Shown here piece by piece: positions 1-9,070 of a DNA stretch of 20,280 nucleotides. Each line of letters begins with the position of its first letter. The first letter of the stretch is position 1. This DNA comes from Chiloscyllium plagiosum (lineage: Eukaryota), in NCBI RefSeq assembly GCF_004010195.1, contig NC_057757.1, positions 9,622,726-9,643,005 of the forward strand, given 5' to 3'. A program made the position numbers and the translations under genes. Below the pieces are notes generated by a model. That model did not search any database. It worked only from the letters and a program-made list of their open reading frames with translations, and was not told the DNA's origin.

Positions 1-212
1 AATTTAAAACGAATGCATCAAGCTCATCACAATATCTGTTGTTTGTTTACTCTGGTCTATCCCTTTGACTATGTTTCTCTTAATGAGGGGTGAGATAGGG
101 GCCTCACAGTCTAAGGGAATTTAGGAATCCTTGTCCAGCTTGAAAGGTAACAGAGATCTATGGCTGGCACATAATCTCAAAATTCTGGTTGTCTCTGCAT
201 CTTTCAGGAGTT

Positions 213-531
213 GGGGTGGCATGGTGGCTCAGTGGTTAGCACTGCTGCCTCACCGTGCCAGGGACCCGGGTTTGATTCCAGCCTCGGGCAACTATCTGTG
301 TGGTGTTTGCACATTCTTCCCGTGTCTCCATGGCTTTCCTCCCATAATCAAAAGATGTGCAGGTTAGGTGAATTGGCCATGTTAAATTGCCTATAGTGTT
401 CAGGGATGTCCAGGTTAAGTGCATTAGTCAGGAGTAATGGGGAATGGGTTTGGGTGGAATACTCTTAGAGTGTTAGCTTGGACTTGATGGGCTGAAGGGC
501 CTGTTTCCACATTGTAGGGATTCTAGGATTT
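213..531 (+). mobile_element. HE1-like tRNA-derived SINE (V-SINE group), near full length, older subfamily
   Basis: tRNA-like head with A-box TGGCTCAGTGG and degenerate B-box GGTTTGATTCC. Central GTTTGCACATTCT..CGTGTCT domain. CR1-like tail GGGCTGAAGGGCCTGTTTCCACATTGTAGGGATTCTA. Homologous to the copies at 7930, 12328 and 16644. Confidence 0.9.
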
Positions 532-1379
532 CCTATTAAGCTATAGCTGACACCAATATAGGGCTGAAGTGTGTAGTGTATTTTTTTCTGAAATGTTTTT
601 GAATAGTTTATCTTATTGTGGCTGCACTCCACATTATGTTCTTGTGTGTTGTGTTTGTCTGTTTCACTATACTCTGTAGAGACCAGACAGAATATTATAA
701 CTTGGTTTATTCAGCTCAGCTCTGTGAAGGCTCCCTTTATGAATATGCAAAGAGGTTTTTTTTTCTCTCTGTTCAGCCTATTAGCCAAATCCCTCTAAAG
801 TAAGCACTTAACTCAGAGCTGTTCGATAGAAGTCACTTCCTATTTCACATCCGCCCATCAAACACTATCGGGAAGGACTGAGTGAGTGCTTCAAAGGAAC
901 TCTGAGGCTTTTAAAAGGATTTGGCTGGTGAGAGTTAGATTTCTCTGCAGGGGTTGTTGAACTGAGTGAGTTCTAAAACCACAGATACCCTCTTAACGAA
1001 CATTTTAGATGAAAGTAAAATTAAACAATGACAAGAAACAAACCCACAGTGTCTGCAAAGTGCCAGTAATGACAGAGCCAAGGATACGGGCAACAGGGAA
1101 CTGTGCCCAACTATTCAATGCCACTTACAGACTATGCTCCAATAAGAGGGAAATTGACAGTAATTTCACTGCTGTCCCATTTATCACAGAATGACTGGGA
1201 AAGGTCAACTGCTTTATAGCTTCCATAAGCTTATTACATCTGCAACAGCACTCTGTATTGCCCATGTTGTTTGTTTTTGATTCATTTATTCAACTCCCTG
1301 AACATACATTTCTCATGCATTTCTTATACCTCTTCTATCAGCCTGAGCTGAGTATTACGACTCTTGCTTCCAAAGATCA

Positions 1380-1545
1380 TGGGATCATGTTCCACTTCAG
1401 AGCACAGTTTAATACTCCAGTGCAGTACGAAAGGAGTGCTGCAGTCAGAAGGTTCACTTATTTGAATGAAATGTTGACTTGAAGTCCCATTTTCACCCAT
1501 AGGTGGTCGTTTGGCAACATCAACAGAAGGGGAAGTGTCCTGCAA
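1380..1545 (+). mobile_element. Decayed Deu-domain SINE fragment (SacSINE1/AmnSINE1-like)
   Basis: ACTCCAGTGCAGTACGAAAGGAGTGCTGCAGTCAGAAGG...TTTGAATGAAATGTTGAC...AGGTGG matches the recalled DeuSINE core ACTCCAGTGCAGTACTGAGGGAGTGCTGCACTGTCGGAGG...GATGAGACGTTAAAC...AGGTGG. Confidence 0.65.
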
Positions 1546-1691
1546 CCTTACCATAAAATGACAATAAAGACATCTGGAACTTTACTAATTATTGTAAAGA
1601 GATAGATTCCTGTAACTTTATCCCACTAAGTGAGAAAATTGAGTGACTTTACCTACCTAAATGAGGAAGAAGAAGGCTTATGTTAGGATGT

Positions 1692-1795
1692 ACAAAGTTA
1701 AAAATCACACAACACCAGGTTATAGTCTAACAGGTTTATTTGGAAGCACTAGCTTTCGGAGCGCTGCTCCTTCATCAGGTGATTGTGGAGCATAA
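1692..1795 (-). mobile_element. Solo Penelope-like element terminal repeat (pLTR) fragment
   Basis: The minus strand reads hammerhead motif, then AATAAA (1735-1740), then GT-rich GGTGTTGTGTGATTTTTAACTTT. This resembles the recalled terminus of shark Penelope elements. Confidence 0.75.
1747..1781 (-). ncRNA. Minimal type-I hammerhead ribozyme motif (Penelope type)
   Basis: Minus-strand RNA is CAC-CUGAUGA-A-GGAGC-AGC-GCUCC-GAAA-GC-UA-GUG. Stem I is CAC/GUG, the CUGANGA and GAAA cores are intact, stem II GGAGC/GCUCC is perfect, and palindromic AGCU replaces stem III. The predicted cut follows CUA (between 1750 and 1749). Confidence 0.8.
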
Positions 1796-2061
1796 CATTA
1801 TAATAAACTTCACAGATCAAGTACAGTAATGCATTCCTTGTAATTCTATCGTTTAAATGAGAGAGTCATTTAAGGTTATTGTACGAATAAGTGTATACTG
1901 TAACTTTCCTGTGACACAATCCTGTAGCTTTACATGACTATTTGGGTTGAATAATTTGTAGAGTGGAGGGGGATTTGTGGGAGGGAGGTGACTGTCAGGA
2001 GTTGCTATAGATTGGGGAGTGATTGGGGTCCACGCAAACAAACAAGGGTGATGTGACAAGA

Positions 2062-2292
2062 GGCTTTCTCACACAGTGAGCAGTTAGTGACTATGGAATG
2101 CAATGCCTGGAAATGTGGTGCAGACAGGTTCAAGAGGATATCAAACTTTTTTTATGGATAATAGTAGTGTGCAGGAATTTGGGAGAAGGTAGGGAATTGA
2201 TACCAGATCATAGGCCAGACTAGATAACAGAGCTAGAACAGGCATGATGGGCCAAATAGTCTCCTTCTACCCCCGAATGATTGTGTGAATCT
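2062..2292 (+). mobile_element. CR1 LINE 3' end fragment, highly decayed
   Basis: TTCTCACACAG...TGGAATGCAATGCCTGG (FTQR...WNALP-like region) followed by a CR1-type 3' UTR ACAGGCATGATGGGCCAAATAGTCTCCTTCT...ATTGTGTGA. Confidence 0.7.
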
Positions 2293-2582
2293 CTGATGAC
2301 CTGGGGAAATTCATTGAAGAAGGGGAAGATTGAATCCCTTTATGTAGCTCCTGACTTTTCTTGTTGTGGGCTGATCAGCTCCACCTTATCACTTTCCAGT
2401 CATGGACGGGGAGGCTCAGAGAGGGAGAAGGCACACAAATCAGTTTTTGGTTGCTGAATACAGTAAACAGTGTACTTCCAACTGCCATGCATACTTGCTG
2501 CCTGTATTTTTGGATTGTTAGTGTAGTGATTGTAACGAGGTCAGCTAGCTGGACCTCACAGAATAAGAGTTCCCTGATTGGG

Positions 2583-2617
2583 GCTGTGAGGCAGCAGTGC
2601 TAACCACTGAGCTACTG
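2583..2617 (-). mobile_element. HE1-like SINE 5' head fragment (A-box only)
   Basis: GCTGTGAGGCAGCAGTGCTAACCACTGAGC is nearly identical to the head sequences of the copies ending at 8250, 12662 and 16938. Confidence 0.75.
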
Positions 2618-2714
2618 CTTGAAACAATAACTTTGTTTTTCTCTGCACAGATGCTGCCAAACATGCTGAGTTTCTCCAACTTCTTCTGTGTTTGTTTCAG
2701 ATTTCCCACATCTA
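2618..2714 (+). mobile_element. Penelope-type terminal repeat remnant with decayed hammerhead 3' half
   Basis: GAAACAATAACT...CTCTGCACAGATGCTGCCAAACATGCTGAGTTTCTCCAAC...TTTGTTTCAGATTTCC resembles the GATGCTGCC..ACCTGCTG..TTTTCCAGC type of Penelope end, also seen at 10714-10790 on the minus strand. Confidence 0.6.
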
Positions 2715-2928
2715 CAGTTCTGATATAGTGCGATAGTTCCGTTCTCATGTGATCTTGCGTTTTAGGAAAATTGTGCAATACTAGCACCATTTAAACGAAT
2801 GGTTTTGGAACTGCACTATATCCAAAACAGGTAAGGGAATTTGTGTTCTACAAATAACGGTCTAAATTCTTCAATCGCGTTAAAGGCAATTCATGTTGAA
2901 GAAACATGCGTTTCAGCAGATCAGTCTG
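2715..2928. mobile_element. Probable non-autonomous Tc1/mariner-pogo type MITE
   Basis: Termini are CAG...CTG, flanked by TA at 2713-2714 and 2929-2930. Imperfect TIRs: left CAG----TTCTGATATAGTGCG versus reverse complement of the right end CAGACTGATCTGCTGAAACGCA. The interior retains CpG (ATCGCGTTAAAG). The interrupted Penelope-type tail appears to resume at 2931 (TTTTGCTTT). Confidence 0.5.
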
Positions 2929-3195
2929 TATTTTGCTTTCACTTCAGGATTTTTCATTGTACTGGTTTGTCTTTCCATGCTAGATGGCCAGTGTGAATCA
3001 GATTGGTGTCCAAATTTGATCATTGTTCCAGCTGGGGATCTGCATCCTTGTCCTGTCCCCAACTGGACGGCATTCTGCTGTGTGAACCCCATGGGAGCAG
3101 TGCTTCAGGAGCTTTGGAGACAATACAATAGTTGCTCACTTTCACACAGTACAGACTGTGGCTAAACCCAATGATCAGCCACTGTCCCTCTGCAT

Positions 3196-3850
3196 CATAA
3201 GAACTAGGAGCAAAAATACTCCAGTCCCTTCAGCCCACTTGACCATTCAATCCAATCATGGCTGATCTCATCTCAGCCTCAACTCCATTTTCCTGTCCGC
3301 TTTCCATTACTAGCTAAAGATCTATCTCCTCCTTAAATTTATTCAATTTCCTGGCATCTAACACAATTTAGGGCAGTGAATTTCACAGATCCACAAAGCT
3401 TTGACAGAAATAATTCCTCCTTCTATCGGTTTTAAATCTGATACCTCTCATCCTAAAATTATGACCTCTTGTTCTAGGGTTGTCGATCCCCTTTATCACT
3501 TTATATATCTCTCTTTTGGGCAATAATCTGTGTGGAGTTTGCACATTCTCCCCATGTCTGTGTGGGGTTGGTCCGGTGCCCTCCCCCAGTCCAAAGGTGT
3601 GCAGGTTAGGGTGGATTGCCCATGCTACATTGCTCATGGTGACCAGGAATGTGCATGGTAGGTGGATTAGCCACATGAAATGCAGGGTTACAGGAATGGG
3701 ACAGGGGTCAGGTCTAGGGGAGATATTCTTCAGAGGGTTGATGTGAACTCGATAAGCTGAATGGCCTGTTTCCATGCTGTAAGGATTCTATTCTTCATTT
3801 AAATTCTGAACAGCGTAAGCCTAAACCACTTAATCAGTCTTCATAACACA
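3196..3850 (-). mobile_element. CR1 LINE 3' fragment, interrupted by an HE1 fragment at ~3516-3792
   Basis: Minus-strand translation gives EIYKVIKGID..RTRGHNFRMRGIRFKTDRRRNYFCQ, typical of the CR1 ORF2 C-terminus. The 3' UTR ends ...CTCCTAGTTCTTATG. CR1-like sequence resumes at ~3793-3850. Confidence 0.8.
3516..3792 (+). mobile_element. HE1-like SINE, 5'-truncated, inserted in CR1
   Basis: TGTGTGGAGTTTGCACATTCTCCCCATGTCTG core and tail GCTGAATGGCCTGTTTCCATGCTGTAAGGATTCTA. It lacks the A and B boxes. Confidence 0.85.
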
Positions 3851-4312
3851 TCCTTTCACAATCAGAGGAAAGATTAAACTGATTGGCCACAGTACATTGC
3901 TTATAATTAGTCCTTTCATATAATTAAAAGGCCCAGGGTTTCAAAAGAGCTATGAGATCAATTTGCTGTTTATTCTTCCTTCCAATGATTTGAAAATGTG
4001 TTGTGTTCTGTCATTTAGAAATCCTGAGTTTCATGAATGCTCCAAAGATTAAAATTTCTGATCTTTTGTCCAATCTGGAGATATCCTGTAATGAACCGTA
4101 TCCACCCATTCTCCTTCCTTTCCAGCTCACCTCCCTCCCTGCTATGACACCCCCAGCACTGCTTTAGTGCTGCCCTGCAGCCAGCATCATTTCAAATGAA
4201 TTTCGAATGATAAATGTTGCTATAACAACATTCAGGCTTTGAGATGGTTGTTCCTGTCCAACTGTTAAAGGACCACGAGCCTTGTTGGGAAATACTTGGC
4301 ATTTCAATTTAA

Positions 4313-4382
4313 AGGAAAGAACCTGCAATTATGTATTATTTCACAAACTCAGGATATTGCAAAACAAGTTACACTCAATGAA
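4313..4382 (-). mobile_element. Deu-domain SINE 3' end (left half of a split copy)
   Basis: AAAGAACCTGCAATTATGT...TTCACAAACTCAGGATATTGCAAAAC...ACACTCAATGAA resembles the reverse complement of the recalled DeuSINE tail AAAGACTTGCATTTATATAGCGCCTTTCACGACCTCAGGACGTCCCAAAGC...CAGCCAATGAA. Confidence 0.5.
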
Positions 4383-4384
4383 TT

Positions 4385-4709
4385 ATAATGACCAATTTGG
4401 GTACAACATTGCCTGAGTGATAGCAAACAGGGAGAAATGATTAACAACTATTTATTTGAGCTGGAGGAGGATGGTTTGTACTGGGGTTCTGCAGAGTAAA
4501 CATTGAGACTGTTTTGTTTTCATTAAATATATTAATGCTCTGAACCTTAATGCTCAGGGGACAATTGAAAGTTTGCACATAGTAGAAAAACTTAAAAGCA
4601 TTGTAAACTGAGCAGGACAGTGTACAGCTTCAAAGAGATTGACAAGTTGTGGAGCGTGGAGAGACCAGTCAATCCAGCAGACAGTATCCTCGGCTTTATC
4701 AATAAGTTC
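4385..4709 (+). mobile_element. Old CR1 LINE RT fragment, piece 1 (continues at 7152-7397, 7810-7929, 8251-8384, 8782-8846)
   Basis: Decayed WVQHCLSDSKQ (cf. WIQNWLSDRKQR), then GGGGTTCTGCAG (GVPQG-like), AAATATATTAATG (YIND-like), AAGTTTGCA (KFADD-like) and ATCCTCGGCTTTATCAAT (ILGFIN). Confidence 0.65.
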
Positions 4710-5771
4710 TAGAGTCAGACAGCACGGAAACTGACCCTTTGGCCAACTCATCCATGCCAAACGGATATCCCAATATGACCTAGTCCCACTTGCCAGCATG
4801 TAGCCGATACCCTCATCAACCCTTCCTATTCATATACCCCATCCTTTTAAATTGTACCAGCCTCCCACCACTTCCTCTAGCAGCTCAGCCCACATATGCG
4901 CCACTCTCTGCACGGAAAAGTTACCCTTCACGTCCCTTTTGAACCTATGCCCTTTAGTTTCGGACTCCCCCACCCCAGGAAAAAGATCTTGGCTATTCAT
5001 CCTATCCATGTACCTCATGATTTTATAAACCTCTATAAGGTCACTCCTCAGCCTCTGACACTCCAGGGAAAACAGCCCCAGTCTGTAGTTCAAACTCTCC
5101 AGTCCAAGCAACATTCTTGTAAATCTTTTCTGCACCCTCTCAAGTTTAACAACATCTTTCCTCAAGAAGGGAGACCAGAATTGTAAGTAGCATTCTAAAA
5201 GTGGCCTCACCAATGTCATGTACAGCCACAGTATGACATCCCAACTCCTATAATCAATGCTCTGACCAATGAAGGCACACATACCAAATGACTTCCTCAC
5301 CAACCTGTACACCTGTCGCTCCACTTTCAAGTAACTATGTGCCCGCACTCTGAGGTCTCTTTGCTTGGTAACACTCCCCATTAAGTGTATAAGTCCTGCT
5401 CTGCTTTGCCTTTCCAAAATGCAGCACCTCACATTTATCTAAATTAAACTCCATCTGCCACTTCTCAGCCCATTGGCCCATCTGATCAAGATCCCGTTGT
5501 AGTCTGAGGTAACATTCTTCGCTGTCCACTACACCTCCAATTTTGGTGTCATCTGCAAACTTACTAACTATATGTTCACATCCAAATCATTTACATAAAT
5601 GACAAAAATTGGACCCAGCACCAAACATTGAGGCATGCCATTGATCATGGGTCTCCAGTCCGAAAAACAACCCTTGATCACTGTTCTCTGTCTCTTACCT
5701 TGAAGCCAATTTTGAATCCAATTGGCTAGCTCCCCCTAGATCCCATGTAATCTAAACTTGCTAACTAGTCT
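4710..5771 (-). mobile_element. CR1 (HER1-like) LINE 3' portion, ORF2 RT C-terminal half; continues at 7063-7151
   Basis: ORFs 5335-5529 (LQRDLDQMGQWAEKWQMEFNLDKCEVLHFG) and 4830-5432 (LVRPLLECYLQFWSP..LERVQKRFTRM). KFADDTKIG reads on the minus strand at ~5540-5560. The 3' tail is GGCCAAAGGGTCAGTTTCCGTGCTG. Frameshifted. Confidence 0.95.
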
Positions 5772-7062
5772 TGTTCAAGAAGGGAATAGGGATAATCCTG
5801 GGAATTATAGAGCAGTCAGTCTTACATCTGTGTTTCTGAGAGACAGGATTTATGAATACTTAGAAAAACAGAATTTGATTAGAGATAGTCAGAATGGCTT
5901 TGTGAGGGGCAGGTCATGCCTCACAAGACTTATTGAATTCTTTGAGGATGTGACAAAGCACATTGATGAAGATAGAGCAGCTGATGTGGCGTACATGCAT
6001 TTTAGCAAGGCGTTTGATGAGGATCTCCATGGTAGGCTCATTCAGAAAGTAAGGAGGTATGGGAAACAGGGAAATGTGGCTGACTGTATACAGAATTAGC
6101 TGGCTGACAGAAGACAGAGAGTGGTAGTGGATGGAAAGTCTGGTATTCGATTACCTGTGGTGTTCCACAGAGATCTGCCCTGGGACCTCTGCTGTTAGTG
6201 ATTTTTATAAATGGCTTGGATGCGGAAGTGGAGGAGTGGGTTAGTAAGTTTGCCAACAACACAAAGCTTGGGGAGTGGTATGGAGGGCTGTTGTCAGCTG
6301 CAACGGGACAGTGACAGGATGCAGAGCTGGGCTGATAAATCGCAGATGGAGTTCAACCTGGAAAAGTGCGAAGTGATTCATTTTGGAAATTTGAATTTGA
6401 ATTCAAAGTTGCCACTCAAGTCCATAGGGTTGTTAAGAAGGAGTATGTTGGCTTTCAATAATGGCGTTATTGAGTTTAAGAGCTGTGAGGTTATGCTGCA
6501 GCTCAATACAGCCCTGGTTAGACCACACTTGGAAAATTGCGTTCAGTTTTGGTCACCTCATTATAGGAAGAATGTGGAAGATTTAGAGAGAGTGCAGAGG
6601 AGATTTACCAGGATGCTGCCTGGACTGGAGGGCATGTTTTATGAAGAAATGTTGAGGAAGTTAGGGCTTTTCTCATTGGAGCGAACAAGGGTGAGAGGTG
6701 ACTTGATAGAGGTGTACAAGCTGATGAGACGCATAGATAGAGTGGATACCCAGAGACCTTTTCCCAGGACAGAAATGGCTATCATAAAGGGACATAATTT
6801 TAAGATGACTGGAGGAAGGTATAGGGGAGATGTTAGAGGCAGGTTCTTTACACAGAGAGTGGTGGGTGTGTGGAATGCACTACCAGCAGTGGTAGTAGAG
6901 TCAGATACATTAGGGACATTTAAGCGACTAGGATAGTCACATGGAAGATCGTAAAATGAAAGTAATGTAGGTTCGTTTGACATTAGAGTAGGATAAATGG
7001 TCGACACAACATCAACAGCCGAAGGGCCTGTGCTGTGCTGTACTGTTCTATGTTCTGTGTTC
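5772..7062 (+). mobile_element. CR1 LINE, 5'-truncated RT domain plus 3' UTR with (TGTTCTA)n tail, nested in the minus-strand CR1
   Basis: ORFs 5758-6099 (PGNYRAVSLTS..SQNGFVRGRSCLT..FSKAFD) and 6211-6936 (QMEFNLEKCEVIHFG..LVRPHLENCVQFWSPHY..FFTQRVVGVWNALP). Flanked by AGTCT at 5767-5771 and 7063-7067. Confidence 0.95.
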
Positions 7063-7151
7063 AGTCTGCCATGTAGAACTTTGTCAATTGACTTGCCAAA
7101 GTCCATAAAGAAAACATCTATTGCTCTGCCTTCATCGACCTCTTTCTCCAT
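7063..7151 (-). mobile_element. 5' part of the minus-strand CR1 at 4710-5771
   Basis: VDEGRAIDVFFMDFGKSIDKVLHGRL joins in frame to VSKFRLHGI*GELANWIQNWL on the other side of the inserted element. Confidence 0.9.
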
Positions 7152-7397
7152 AGAGCAGACCGTTGTGGTTCATCTTCAGCTGAATGATTGTGTACAGTTC
7201 TGCATCTACAGTTAGGAAGGACATTGGAGATTGGAGACAGTGCAGAAGAGGTTTATGAGAATGATCCTAGGATTGAAAAACTTCAGTTATGTCAACACAC
7301 TGAAGAGGTTGGGACTGCTTTCTTTGGAGAGGGGAGTGCAAGAGGTGGTTTAATCAAAGTTTTCAAAATCATGAAGAGCCTGGACAGAATGGATAGG
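7152..7397 (+). mobile_element. Old CR1 LINE, piece 2
   Basis: LQLNDCVQF...LETVQKRFMRMILGL...GGLIKVFKIMKSLDRMDR, frameshifted. Confidence 0.8.
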
Positions 7398-7809
7398 GTG
7401 CAGCCACACTTAGAATATTGTGTACAGTTCTGGTCATCATATTTCGGGAAGGATGTGGGGGGATTTGATAGAGACATACAAGATGATCGGAGGATTAGAT
7501 AGGGTAGACAGTGAAAGTATTTTTCCAAGGATGATGACGTCAGCTTGTATAAGGGGGCATAACTACAAATTGAGGGGTGATAGATTTAAGATAGATGTCA
7601 GAGGCAGAGAGTGGTAAGGGCGTGGAATACCCTACCTGCCAATGTAGTTAACTCAGCCACATTAGGGAGATTTAAACAATCCTTGGATAAGCACATGGAT
7701 GATGATGGGATAGTGTAGGGGGACAAGCTGAGAATAGTTCACAGGTCGGCGCAACATCAAGGGCTGACGGGCCTGTTCTGTGTTGTATTGTTCTATGTTC
7801 TATGTTCTA
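7398..7809 (+). mobile_element. CR1 LINE 3' fragment with internal deletions and (TGTTCTA)3 tail, inserted in the old CR1
   Basis: QPHLEYCVQFWSSYFGKDV joins directly to GDLIETYKMIGGLDRVDSE..RGHNYKLRGDRFK. The tail is GGGCCTGTTCTGTGTTGTATTGTTCTATGTTCTATGTTCTA. Confidence 0.9.
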
Positions 7810-8384
7810 AACTGCTCCTACTCGTAAAAGAATCGAGAATGAAAGGGCACAGATTTAAAGTAATCGGTGAAAGGATTACAAGTGATATGAGACAAAATAT
7901 TCTCACACAGCAACTAGCTCAATTATGGATTAGATTAGATTCCCTACAGTATGGGAGCGGGCCCTTTGGCCCAATAAGTCCACACCGACCCTCTGAAGAG
8001 TAACCCATCCCCCCTACCCTATATTTACCCCTGACTAATGCAGGTGACATGATGGGCAAGTTAGCATGGCCAATTCACCTGACCTGCACATCTTTGGATT
8101 GTGGGAGGAAGCCAGAGCACCCGGAGGAAACTCACATGACATGGGGAGAATCTACAAACTCCACACAAAAAATCGCCTCAGGCAGGACTTAAACCTAGGT
8201 CCCTGGCGCTGTGAGGCAGCAGTACTAACCACTGAGCCACTGTGCCACCCAATGGAATTCATTGCCTGGAATTGTGAGGAAAGCAGGGTTAATTGAGGCA
8301 TTCAAGAGGGCATTAGACAACTATATGAACAGAAACTATGTACAGAGTTGTGACAGGACAGTGGCATGAAGTGAAATGCTCAAA
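7810..8384 (+). mobile_element. Old CR1 LINE, pieces 3 and 4, split by an HE1 SINE
   Basis: KLLLLVKESRMKGHRFKVIGERITSDMRQNILTQQ at 7810-7929 resumes as TGGAATTCATTGCCTGGA (WNSLP) at 8253. Confidence 0.8.
7930..8250 (-). mobile_element. HE1-like SINE, full length
   Basis: tRNA head (A-box TGGCTCAGTGG), V-type core and (AATCT)n tail. ATGGA is present on both flanks (7925-7929 and 8252-8256), a candidate target-site duplication. Confidence 0.93.
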
Positions 8385-8781
8385 AACATAAGAACTCGGA
8401 GTAGGCTATTTAGCCCGTCAAGCCTGGTCTGCCATTTAATACAGTCATGGCTGATCTGAACTCGGTTTCAACTCCACTATCCTGCCCACTCCCAATAATC
8501 CTTCAACCCGCTGCTAATTAAAATTCTGCCTATTTCCTCCTTAAATTTACTCAATGTCCCAAACTCCCCTGCACCTTGGGGAGGTGAATCCCACAGTTTC
8601 ATGACCTTTTACTTGAAGTGATTTTCCCTCATCTCTATTTTCAATTTGCTACCCATTATCCTAAAACTATGACCTCTCTCCATCTAGATTGTCCCACATG
8701 AGAAAACATCTGTACCATACTGACTTTGCCAACATCTTTTAGTATCTTCTACACCTCGGTTGGGTCTCCTCTCATTCCTCT
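8385..8781 (-). mobile_element. CR1 LINE 3' fragment
   Basis: Begins AACATAAGAACTCGGAGTAGGCTATTTAGCCC, the reverse complement of a CR1 tail. Homologous to the 3196-3510 copy (CATGGCTGATCT..CAACTCCA..CTCCTTAAATTTA..CCTAAAA.TATGACCTCT). Confidence 0.85.
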
Positions 8782-8846
8782 GTGAGAGAACAGATGCAGA
8801 CATGGTGGGCTGAATGGCCTTCTGGCGTACCATTTCAATTCTGTGA
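8782..8846 (+). mobile_element. Old CR1 LINE, 3' terminal piece
   Basis: GCAGACATGGTGGGCTGAATGGCCTTCT...ATTCTGTGA, a typical CR1 end with an ATTCTRTG octamer. Confidence 0.7.
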
Positions 8847-9070
8847 AGTGCTTTTCAACTACTGCAATGAGGACTTCCAGCATAGCAAGATCCCAACAGC
8901 CAAAATGAAATGGATAATCAGTTTTAGTGATGTTGATTGAGGGATAAATATTGAGCAAGGAGACTGGAGTAAATCTCCAATGACCTTCTCTGAAGGATGC
9001 CATCTTGTCTCAACCTGGGGGTCAGCAAGACCCTGGTTTTTACATATCACCCAAGTCAGGCACGTCCGAG
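8847..9070 (-). mobile_element. Deu-domain SINE body (right half of the split copy)
   Basis: GATAATCAGTTTTAGTGATGTTGATTGAGGGATAAATATTG closely matches the reverse complement of the recalled DeuSINE (GATAATCTGTTTTAGTGATGTTGGTTGAGGGATAAATATTGG). Similarity continues to GGCACGTCCGA. Confidence 0.75.

Noticed and set aside
131..424. Overlapping short ORFs, and similar ones at 8066-8296, 12355-12662 and 16667-17052
   Set aside because: They are translations of HE1 SINE sequence, not genes.
2690..2840. Splice-like signals TTTGTTTCAG (to 2700) and CAG/GTAAGG (~2830)
   Set aside because: Both lie within repeat sequence and there is no recognisable coding frame between them.
6639..7151. 170-aa minus-strand ORF
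   Set aside because: It is a chimera of 30 residues of CR1 RT and the antisense strand of the nested CR1.
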